From Eledone cirrhosa (lineage: Eukaryota), in NCBI GenBank assembly GCA_964016885.1, contig OZ024744.1, positions 99,944,001 to 100,008,000 on the forward strand: a DNA stretch of 64,000 nucleotides. The letters are read 5' to 3'. Positions within the stretch are counted from its first letter, which is position 1, and each line of letters begins with the position of its first letter. Positions 1 through 11,224 of this stretch are shown here, in pieces. The notes beneath the pieces are model-generated. The model saw only the letters and a program-made list of their open reading frames with translations, searched no databases and was not told the origin of the DNA. The position numbers were made by a program, and so were the translations under genes.

Positions 1-3000
1 AAGAGACAGTAGATGGTGGTAGTTGTAGCACTGTAAAACAGGGTGGTGGGCATGGTTGGAGAGCTGTAAAGAGACAGTAGATGGTGGTAGTTGTAGCACT
101 GTAAAACAGGGTGGTGGGCATGGTTGAAGAGCTGTAAAGAAACAGTAGATGGTGGTAGTTGTAGCACTGTAAAACAGGGTGGTGGGCATGGTTGGAGAGC
201 TGTAAAGAAACAGTAGAAGGTGGTAGTTGTAGCACTGTAAAACAGGGTGGTGGGCATGGTTGGAGAGCTGTAAAGAGACAATAGAGCGTGGGAGTTGTAG
301 CACTGTAAAACAGGGTGGTGGGCATGGTTGGAGAGCTGTAAAGAAACAGTAGAAGGTGGGAGTTGTAGCACTGTAAAACAGGGTGGTGGGCATGGTTGGA
401 GAGCTGTAAAGAAACAATAGATGGTGGTAGTTGTAGCACTGTAACACAGGGTGGTGGGCATGGTTGGAGAGCTGTAAAGAAACAGTAGATGGTGGTAGTT
501 GTAGCACTGTAAAACATGGTGGTGGGCATGGTTGAAGAGCTGTAAAGAAACAGTAGATGGTGGTAGTTGTAGCACTGTAAAACAGGGTGGTGGGCATGGT
601 TGGAGAGCTGTAAAGAAACAATAGAAGGTGGTAGTTGTAGCACTGGAAAACAGGGTGGTGGGCATGGTTGCAGAGCTGTAAAGATACAATAGAAGGTGGT
701 AGTTGTAGCACTGTATAACATGGTGGTGGGCATGGTTGAAGAGCTGTAAAGAAACAATAGAAGGTGGTAGTTGTAGCACTGTAAAACAGGGTGGTGGGCA
801 TGGTTGGAGAGCTGTAAAGAAACAGTAGATGGTGGTAGTTGTAGCACTGTAAAACAGGGTGGTGGGCATGGTTGGAGAGCTGTAAAGAAACAATAGATGG
901 TGGGAGTTGTAGCACTGTAAATCAGGGTGGTGGGCATGGTTGGAGAGCTGTAAAGAAACAATAGATGGTGGTAGTTGTAGCACTGTAAAACAGGGTGGTG
1001 GGCATGGTTGGAGAGCTGTAAAGAAACAATAGGTGGTAGTTGTAGCACTGTAAAACAGGGTGGTGGGCATGGTTGGAGAGCTGTAAAGAAACAATAGATG
1101 GTGGTAGTTGTAGCACTGTAAAACAGGGTGGTGGGCATGGTTGGAGAGCTGTAAAGAAACAGTAGATGGTGGTAGTTGTAGTACTGTAAAACATGGTGGT
1201 GGGCATGGTTGGAGAGCTGTGAAGAAACAGTAGATGGTGGTAGTTGTAGCACTGTAAAACAGGGTGGTGGGCATGGTTGAAGAGCTGTAAAGAAACAGTA
1301 GATGGTGGTAGTTGTAGCACTGTAAAACAGGGTGGTGGGCATGGTTGGAGAGCTGTAAAGAAATAATAGAAGGTGGTAGTTGTAGCACTGTAAAGCAGGG
1401 TGGTGGGCATGGTTGGAGAGCTGTAAAGAGACAATAGATGGTGGTAGTTGTAGTACTGTAAACCAGGGTGGTGGGCATGGTTGGAGAGCTGTAAAGAGAC
1501 AGTAGAAGGTGGTAGTTGTAGCACTGTAAAACATGCTGGTGGGCATGGTTTGAGAGCTGTAAAGAGACAATAGATGGTGGTAGTCGAAGCACTGTAAAAC
1601 AGGGTGGTGGGCATGGTTGGAGAGCTGTAAAGATAACAATAGATGGTGGTAGTTGTAGCACTGTAAAACAGGGTGGTGGGCATGGTTGGAGAGCTGTAAA
1701 GAGACAGTAGAAGGTGGGAGTTGTAGCACTGTAAGACAGGGTGGTGGGCATGGTTGGAGAGCTGTAAAGAAACAATAGATGGTGGTAGTTGTAGCACTGT
1801 AAAACAGGGTGCTGGGCATGGTTGGAGAGCTGTAAAGAAACAGTAGATGGTGGTAGTTGTAGCACTGTAAAACAGGGTGGTGGGCATGGTTGGAGAGCTG
1901 TAAAGAAACAATAGAAGGTGGGAGTTGTAGCACTGTAAAACAGGGTGGTGGGCATTGTTGGAGAGCTGTAAAGAGACAATAGATGGTGGGAGTTGTAGCA
2001 CTGTAAAACAGGGTGGTGGGCATGGTTGGAGAGCTGTAAAGAAACAGTAGAAGGTGGGAGTTGTAGCACTGTAAAACAGGGTGGTGGGCATGGTTGGAGA
2101 GCTGTAAAGAAACAATAGATGGTGGTAGTTGTAGCACTGTAAAACAGGGTGGTGGGCATGGTTGAAGAGCTGTAAAGAAACAGTAGATGGTGGTAGTTGT
2201 AGCACTGTAAAACAGGGTGGTGGGCATGGTTGGAGAGCTGTAAAGAGACAATAGATTGTGGTAGTTGTAGCACTGTAAAACATGGTGGTGGGCATGGTTG
2301 GAGAGCTGTAAAGAAACAATAGAAGGTGGTAGTTGTAGCACTGTAAAACAGGGTGGTGGGCATGGTTGGAGAGCTGTAAAGATACAATAGAAGGTGGTAG
2401 TTGTAGCACTGTAAAACAGGGTGGTGGGCATGGTTGGAGAGCTGTAAAGAAACAATAGGTGGTAGTTGTAGCACTGTAAAACAGGGTGGTGGGCATGGTT
2501 GGCGAGCTGTAAAGAAACAGTAGATGGTGGTAGTTGTAGCACTGTAAAACAGGGTGGTGAGATGGTTGGAGAGCTGTAAAGAAACAATAGATGGTGGGAG
2601 TTGTAGCACTGTAAATCAGGGTGGTGGGCATGGTTGGAGAGCTGTAAAGAAATAATAGAAGGTGGTAGTTGTAGCACTGTAAAGCAGGGTGGTGGGCATG
2701 GTTGGAGAGCTGTAAAGAGACAATAGATGGTGGTAGTTGTAGTACTGTAAACCAGGGTGGTGGGCATGGTTGGAGAGCTGTAAAGAGACAGTAGAAGGTG
2801 GTAGTTGTAGCACTGTAAAACATGGTGGTGGGCATGGTTTGAGAGCTGTAAAGAGACAATAGATGGTGGTAGTTGAAGCACTGTAAAACAGGGTGGTGGG
2901 CATGGTTGGAGAGCTGTAAAGATAACAATAGATGGTGGTAGTTGTAGCACTGTAAAACAGGGTGGTGGGCATGGTTGGAGAGCTGTAAAGAGACAGTAGA

Positions 3001-5100
3001 AGGTGGGAGTTGTAGCACTGTAAGACAGGGTGGTGGGCATGGTTGAAGAGCTGTAAAGAAACAATAGATGGTGGTAGTTGTAGCACTGTAAAACAGGGTG
3101 CTGGGCATGGTTGGAGAGCTGTAAAGAAACAGTAGATGGTGGTAGTTGTAGCACTGTAAAACAGGGTGGTGGGCATGGTTGGAGAGCTGTAAAGATCAAT
3201 AGAAGGTGGGAGTTGTAGCACTGTAAAACAGGGTGGTGGGCATTGTTGGAGAGCTGTAAAGAGACAATAGATGGTGGTAGCTGTAGCACTGTAAAACAGG
3301 GTGGTGGGCATGGTTCGAGAGCTGTAAAGAGACAATAGAAGGTGGTAGTTGTAGCACTGTAAAACAGGGTGGTGGGCATGGTTGGAGAGCTGTAAAGAGA
3401 CAATAGATGGTGGTAGTTGTAGCACTGTAAAACAGGGTGGTGGGCATGGTTGGAGAGCTGTAAAGAGACAATAGATGGTGGGAGTTGTAGCACTGTAAAA
3501 CAGGGCGGTGGGCATGGTTGGAGAGCTGTAAAGAAACAGTAGAAGGTGGTAGTTGTAGCACTGTAAAACAGGGTGGTGGGCATGGTTGGAGAGCTGTAAA
3601 GAGACAATAGATGGTGGGAGTTGTAGCAGTGTAAAACATGGTGGTGGGCATGGTTGGAGAGCTGTAAAGAGACAATAGATGGTGGTAGTTGTAGCAGTGT
3701 AAAACAGGGTGGTGGGCATGGTTGGAGAGCTGTAAAGAGACAATAGATGGTGGTAGTTGTAGCACTGTAAAACAGGGTGGTGGGCATGGTTGGAGAGCTG
3801 TAAAGAAACAATAGATGGTGGTAGTTGTAGCACTGTAAAACAGGGTGGTGGGCATGGTTGGAGAGCTGTAAAGAGACAATAGATGGTGGTAGTTGTAGCA
3901 CTGTAAAACAGGGTGGTGGGCATGGTTGGAGAGCTGTAAAGAGACAATAGATGGTGGGAGTTGTAGCACTGTAAAACAGGGTGGTGGGCATGGTTGGAGA
4001 GCTGTAAAGAAACAGTAGAAGGTGGTAGTTGTTGCACTGTAAAACAGGATGGTGGGCATGGTTGCAGAGCTGTAAAGAGACAATAGATGATGGTAGTTGT
4101 AGCACTGTAAAACAGGGTGGTGGGCATGGTTGGAGAGCTGTAAAGAGACAATAGATGGTGGTAGTTGTAGCACTGTAAAACAGGGTGGTGGGCATCGTTG
4201 GAGAGCTGTAAAGAAACAATAGATGGTGGTAGTTGTAGCACTGTAAAACAGGGTGGTGGGTATGGTTGGAGAGCTGTAAAGAAACAATTGATGGTGGTAG
4301 TTGTAGCACTGTAAAACAGGGTGGTGGGCATGGTTGGAGAGCTGTAAAGAGACAATAGAAGGTGGTAGTTGTAGCACTGTAAAACAGGGTGGTGGGCATG
4401 GTTGGTGAGCTGTAAAGAAACAGTAGATGGTGGTAGTTGTAGCACTGTAAAACAGGGTAGTGGGCATGGTTGGAGAGCTGTAAAGAAACAATAGATGGTG
4501 GTAGTTGTAGCTCTGTAAAACAGGGTGGTGGGCATGGTTGGAGAGCTGTAAAGAGACAGTAGATGGTGGTAGTTGTAGCACTGTAAAACAGGGTGGTGGG
4601 CATGGTTGGAGAGCTGTAAAGAGACAGTAGATCGTGGTAGTTGTAGCACTGTAAAACAGGGTGGTGGGCATGGTTGGAGAGCTGTAAAGAAACAATAGAT
4701 GGTGGTAGTTGTAGCACTGTAAAACAGGGTGGTGGGCATGGTTGGAGAGCTGTAAAGAAACAGTAGATGGTGGTAGTTGTACCACTGTAAAACAGGGTGG
4801 TGGGCATGGTTGAAGAGCTGTAAAGAAACAGTAGATGGTGGTAGTTGTAGCACTGTAAAACAGGGTGGTGGGCATGGTTGGAGAGCTGTAAAGAGACAAT
4901 AGATGGTGGTAGTTGTAGCACTGTAAAACATGGTGGTGGGCATGGTTGGAGAGCTGTAAAGAAACAATAGAAGGTGGTAGTTGTAGCACTGTAAAACAGG
5001 GTGGTGGGCATGGTTGGAGAGCTGTAAAGATACAATAGAAGGTGGTAGTTGTAGCACTGTAAAACAGGGTGGTGGGCATGGTTGGAGAGCTGTAAAGAAA

Positions 5101-8100
5101 CAATAGGTGGTAGTTGTAGCACTGTAAAACAGGGTGGTGGGCATGGTTGGAGAGCTGTAAAGAAACAGTAGATGGTGGTAGTTGTAGCACTGTAAAACAG
5201 GGTGGTGGGCATGGTTGGAGAGCTGTAAAGAAACAATAGATGGTGGGAGTTGTAGCACTGTAAATCAGGGTGGTGGGCATGGTTGGAGAGCTGTAAAGAA
5301 ATAATAGAAGGTGGTAGTTGTAGCACTGTAAAGCAGGGTGGTGGGCATGGTTGGAGAGCTGTAAAGAGACAATAGATGGTGGTAGTTGTAGTACTGTAAA
5401 CCAGGGTGGTGGGCATGGTTGGAGAGCTGTAAAGAGACAGTAGAAGGTGGTAGTTGTAGCACTGTAAAACATGGTGGTGGGCATGGTTTGAGAGCTGTAA
5501 AGAGACAATAGATGGTGGTAGTTGAAGCACTGTAAAACAGGGTGGTGGGCATGGTTGGAGAGCTGTAAAGATAACAATAGATGGTGGTAGTTGTAGCACT
5601 GTAAAACAGGGTGCTGGGCATGGTTGGAGAGCTGTAAAGAAACAGTAGATGGTGGTAGTTGTAGCACTGTAAAACAGGGTGGTGGGCATGGTTGGAGAGC
5701 TGTAAAGAAACAATAGAAGGTGGGAGTTGTAGCACTGTAAAACAGGGTGGTGGGCATTGTTGGAGAGCTGTAAAGAGACAATAGATGGTGGTAGCTGTAG
5801 CACTGTAAAACAGGGTGGTGGGCATGGTTCGAGAGCTGTAAAGAGACAATAGAAGGTGGTAGTTGTAGTACTGTAAAACAGGGTGGTGGGCATGGTTGGA
5901 GAGCTGTAAAGAGACAATAGATGGTGGTAGTTGTAGCACTGTAAAACAGGGTGGTGGGCATGGTTGGAGAGCTGTAAAGAGACAATAGATGGTGGGAGTT
6001 GTAGCACTGTAAAACAGGGCGGTGGGCATGGTTGGAGGGCTGTAAAGAAACAGTAGAAGGTGGTAGTTGTAGCACTGTAAAACAGGGTGGTGGGCATGGT
6101 TGGAGAGCTGTAAAGAGACAATAGATGGTGGGAGTTGTAGCAGTGTAAAACATGGTGGTGGGCATGGTTGGAGAGCTGTAAAGAGACAATAGATGGTGGT
6201 AGTTGTAGCAGTGTAAAACAGGGTGGTGGGCATGGTTGGAGAGCTGTAAAGAGACAATAGATGGTGGTAGTTGTAGCACTGTAAAACAGGGTGGTGGGCA
6301 TGGTTGGAGAGCTGTAAAGAAACAATAGATGGTGGTAGTTGTAGCACTGTAAAACAGGGTGGTGGGCATGGTTGGAGAGCTGTAAAGAGACAATAGATGG
6401 TGGTAGTTGTAGCACTGTAAAACAGGGTGGTGGGCATGGTTGGAGAGCTGTAAAGAGACAATAGATGGTGGGAGTTGTAGCACTGTAAAACAGGGTGGTG
6501 GGCATGGTTGGAGAGCTGTAAAGAAACAGTAGAAGGTGGTAGTTGTTGCACTGTAAAACAGGATGGTGGGCATGGTTGCAGAGCTGTAAAGAGACAATAG
6601 ATGATGGTAGTTGTAGCACTGTAAAACAGGGTGGTGGGCATGGTTGGAGAGCTGTAAAGAGACAATAGATGGTGGTAGTTGTAGCACTGTAAAACAGGGT
6701 GGTGGGCATCGTTGGAGAGCTGTAAAGAAACAATAGGTGGTAGTTGTAGCACTGTAAAACAGGGTGGTGGGCATGGTTGGAGAGCTGTAAAGAAACAGTA
6801 GATGGTGGTAGTTGTAGCACTGTAAAACAGGGTGGTGGGCATGGTTGGAGAGCTGTAAAGAAACAATAGATGGTGGGAGTTGTAGCACTGTAAATCAGGG
6901 TGGTGGGCATGGTTGGAGAGCTGTAAAGAAATAATAGAAGGTGGTAGTTGTAGCACTGTAAAGCAGGGTGGTGGGCATGGTTGGAGAGCTGTAAAGAGAC
7001 AATAGATGGTGGTAGTTGTAGTACTGTAAACCAGGGTGGTGGGCATGGTTGGAGAGCTGTAAAGAGACAGTAGAAGGTGGTAGTTGTAGCACTGTAAAAC
7101 ATGGTGGTGGGCATGGTTTGAGAGCTGTAAAGAGACAATAGATGGTGGTAGTTGAAGCACTGTAAAACAGGGTGGTGGGCATGGTTGGAGAGCTGTAAAG
7201 ATAACAATAGATGGTGGTAGTTGTAGCACTGTAAAACAGGGTGCTGGGCATGGTTGGAGAGCTGTAAAGAAACAGTAGATGGTGGTAGTTGTAGCACTGT
7301 AAAACAGGGTGGTGGGCATGGTTGGAGAGCTGTAAAGAAACAATAGAAGGTGGGAGTTGTAGCACTGTAAAACAGGGTGGTGGGCATTGTTGGAGAGCTG
7401 TAAAGAGACAATAGATGGTGGTAGCTGTAGCACTGTAAAACAGGGTGGTGGGCATGGTTCGAGAGCTGTAAAGAGACAATAGAAGGTGGTAGTTGTAGTA
7501 CTGTAAAACAGGGTGGTGGGCATGGTTGGAGAGCTGTAAAGAGACAATAGATGGTGGTAGTTGTAGCACTGTAAAACAGGGTGGTGGGCATGGTTGGAGA
7601 GCTGTAAAGAGACAATAGATGGTGGGAGTTGTAGCACTGTAAAACAGGGCGGTGGGCATGGTTGGAGGGCTGTAAAGAAACAGTAGAAGGTGGTAGTTGT
7701 AGCACTGTAAAACAGGGTGGTGGGCATGGTTGGAGAGCTGTAAAGAGACAATAGATGGTGGGAGTTGTAGCAGTGTAAAACATGGTGGTGGGCATGGTTG
7801 GAGAGCTGTAAAGAGACAATAGATGGTGGTAGTTGTAGCAGTGTAAAACAGGGTGGTGGGCATGGTTGGAGAGATGTAAAGAGACAATAGATGGTGGTAG
7901 TTGTAGCACTGTAAAACAGGGTGGTGGGCATGGTTGGAGAGCTGTAAAGAAACAATAGATGGTGGTAGTTGTAGCACTGTAAAACAGGGTGGTGGGCATG
8001 GTTGGAGAGCTGTAAAGAGACAATAGATGGTGGTAGTTGTAGCACTGTAAAACAGGGTGGTGGGCATGGTTGGAGAGCTGTAAAGAGACAATAGATGGTG

Positions 8101-8365
8101 GGAGTTGTAGCACTGTAAAACAGGGTGGTGGGCATGGTTGGAGAGCTGTAAAGAAACAGTAGAAGGTGGTAGTTGTTGCACTGTAAAACAGGATGGTGGG
8201 CATGGTTGCAGAGCTGTAAAGAGACAATAGATGATGGTAGTTGTAGCACTGTAAAACAGGGTGGTGGGCATGGTTGGAGAGCTGTAAAGAGACAATAGAT
8301 GGTGGTAGTTGTAGCACTGTAAAACAGGGTGGTGGGCATCGTTGGAGAGCTGTAAAGAAACAATA
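5101..8365. repeat. Near-exact tandem duplication of a 24-monomer block (period 1630 bp)
   Basis: Markers recur at exactly +1630: caataggtgg 5101/6731, TCA variant 5265/6895, gataac 5570/7200, private gttggagggc 6031/7661, catcgttgg near 6710/8340. One difference noticed (gagatgt near 7874). Confidence 0.9.
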
Positions 8366-11224
8366 GATGGTGGTAGTTGTAGCACTGTAAAACAGGGTGG
8401 TGGGTATGGTTGGAGAGCTGTAAAGAAACAATTGATGATGGTAGTTGTAGCACTGTAAAACAGGGTGGTGGGCATGGTTGGAGAGCTGTAAAGAGACAAT
8501 AGAAGGTGGTAGTTGTAGCACTGTAAAACAGGGTGGTGGGCATGGTTGGTGAGCTGTAAAGAAACAGTAGATGGTGGTAGTTGTAGCACTGTAAAACAGG
8601 GTGGTGGGCATGGTTGGAGAGCTGTAAAGAAACAATAGATGGTGGTAGTTGTAGCTCTGTAAAACAGGGTGGTGGGCATGGTTGGAGAGCTGTAAAGAGA
8701 CAGTAGATGGTGGTAGTTGTAGCACTGTAAAACAGGGTGGTGGGCATGGTTGGAGAGCTGTAAAGAGACAGTAGATGGTGGTAGTTGTAGCACTGTAAAA
8801 CAGGGTGGTGGGCATGGTTGAAGAGCTGTAAAGAAACAGTAGATGGTGGTAGTTGTAGCACTGTAAAACAGGGTGGTGGGCATGGTTGGAGAGCTGTAAA
8901 GAAACAGTAGAAGGTGGTAGTTGTAGCACTGTAAAACAGGGTGGTGGGCATGGTTGGAGAGCTGTAAAGAGACAATAGAGCGTGGGAGTTGTAGCACTGT
9001 AAAACAGGGTGGTGGGCATGGTTGGAGAGCTGTAAAGAAACAGTAGAAGGTGGGAGTTGTAGCACTGTAAAACAGGGTGGTGGGCATGGTTGGAGAGCTG
9101 TAAAGAAACAATAGATGGTGGTAGTTGTAGCACTGTAACACAGGGTGGTGGGCATGGTTGGAGAGCTGTAAAGAAACAGTAGATGGTGGTAGTTGTAGCA
9201 CTGTAAAACATGGTGGTGGGCATGGTTGAAGAGCTGTAAAGAAACAGTAGATGGTGGTAGTTGTAGCACTGTAAAACAGGGTGGTGGGCATGGTTGGAGA
9301 GCTGTAAAGAAACAATAGAAGGTGGTAGTTGTAGCACTGGAAAACAGGGTGGTGGGCATGGTTGGAGAGCTGTAAAGATACAATAGAAGGTGGTAGTTGT
9401 AGCACTGTATAACATGGTGGTGGGCATGGTTGAAGAGCTGTAAAGAAACAATAGAAGGTGGTAGTTGTAGCACTGTAAAACAGGGTGGTGGGCATGGTTG
9501 GAGAGCTGTAAAGAAACAATAGATGGTGGGAGTTGTAGCACTGTAAATCAGGGTGGTGGGCATGGTTGGAGAGCTGTAAAGAAACAATAGATGGTGGTAG
9601 TTGTAGCACTGTAAAACAGGGTGGTGGGCATGGTTGGAGAGCTGTAAAGAGACAATAGATGGTGGGAGTTGTAGCACTGTAAAACAGGGTGATGGGCATG
9701 GTTCGAGAGCTGTAAAGAGACAATAGATGGTGGGAGTTGTAGCACTGTAAAACATGGTGGTGGGCATGGTTGGAGAGCTGTAAAGAAACAGTAGAAGGTG
9801 GTAGTTGTAGCACTGTAAAACAAGGTGGTGCGCATGTTTGGAGAGCTGTAAAGAAACAATAGATGGTGGTAGTTGTAGCACTGTAAAACAGGGTGGTGAG
9901 CATGGTTGGAGAGCTGTAAAGAGACAATAGATGGTGGTAGTTGTAGCAGTGTAAAACAGGGTGGTGGGCATGGTTGGAGAGCTGTAAAGAAACAATAGAT
10001 GGTGGTAGTTGTAGTACTGTAAACCAGGGTGGTGGGCATGGTTGGAGAGCTGTAAAGAGACAGTAGAAGGTGGTAGTTGTAGCACTGTAAAACATGGTGG
10101 TGGGCATGGTTGGAGAGCTGTAAAGAGACAATAGATGGTGGTAGTTGAAGCACTGTAAAACAGGGTGGTCGGCATGGTTGGAGAGCTGTAAAGATAACAA
10201 TAGATGGTGGTAGTTGTAGCACTGTAAAACAGGGTGGTGGGCATGGTTGGAGAGCTGTAAAGAGACAGTAGAAGGTGGGAGTTGTAGCACTGTAAGACAG
10301 GGTTGTGGGCATGGTTGGAGAGCTGTAAAGAAACAATAGATGGTGGTAGTTGTAGCACTGTAAAACAGGGTGGTGGGCATGGTTGGAGAGCTGTAAAGAA
10401 ACAGTAGATGGTGGTAGTTGTAGCACTGTAAAACAGGGTGGTGGGCATGGTTGGAGAGCTGTAAAGAAACAATAGAAGGTGGGAGTTGTAGCACTGTAAA
10501 ACAGGGTGGTGGGCATGGTTGAAGAGCTGTAAAGAAACAGTAGATGGTGGTAGTTGTAGCACTGTAAAACAGGGTGGTGGGCATGGTTGGAGAGCTGTAA
10601 AGAAATAATAGAAGGTGGTAGTTGTAGCACTGTAAAGCAGGGTGGTGGGCATGGTTGGAGAGCTGTAAAGAGACAATAGATGGTGGTAGTTGTAGTACTG
10701 TAAACCAGGGTGGTGGGCATGGTTGGAGAGCTGTAAAGAGACAGTAGAAGGTGGTAGTTGTAGCACTGTAAAACATGCTGGTGGGCATGGTTTGAGAGCT
10801 GTAAAGAGACAATAGATGGTGGTAGTCGAAGCACTGTAAAACAGGGTGGTGGGCATGGTTGGAGAGCTGTAAAGATAACAATAGATGGTGGTAGTTGTAG
10901 CACTGTAAAACAGGGTGGTGGGCATGGTTGGAGAGCTGTAAAGAGACAGTAGAAGGTGGGAGTTGTAGCACTGTAAGACAGGGTGGTGGGCATGGTTGGA
11001 GAGCTGTAAAGAAACAATAGATGGTGGTAGTTGTAGCACTGTAAAACAGGGTGCTGGGCATGGTTGGAGAGCTGTAAAGAAACAGTAGATGGTGGTAGTT
11101 GTAGCACTGTAAAACAGGGTGGTGGGCATGGTTGGAGAGCTGTAAAGAAACAATAGAAGGTGGGAGTTGTAGCACTGTAAAACAGGGTGGTGGGCATTGT
11201 TGGAGAGCTGTAAAGAGACAATAG

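Noticed and set aside
29-35. V(D)J RSS heptamer-like CACTGTA (minus strand TACAGTG)
   Set aside because: It lacks the essential 5' CAC in heptamer orientation and has no ACAAAAACC nonamer at 12 or 23 bp.
1-68. Human/primate 68-bp beta (Sau3A) satellite
   Set aside because: Only the length matches. The consensus has no GATC site and does not resemble beta satellite as I recall it; an alignment to Dfam BSR/Beta would confirm.
31-77. LexA SOS box (CTGT-N8-ACAG)
   Set aside because: The spacers are 3 and 6 bp rather than 8, and there is no promoter or gene context.
1535-1542. Chi site GCTGGTGG (also near 10776, 13839, 20227, 41654)
   Set aside because: It is a single-base derivative of the GGTGGTGG tract. 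Chi is an E. coli RecBCD signal and nothing suggests such a context here.
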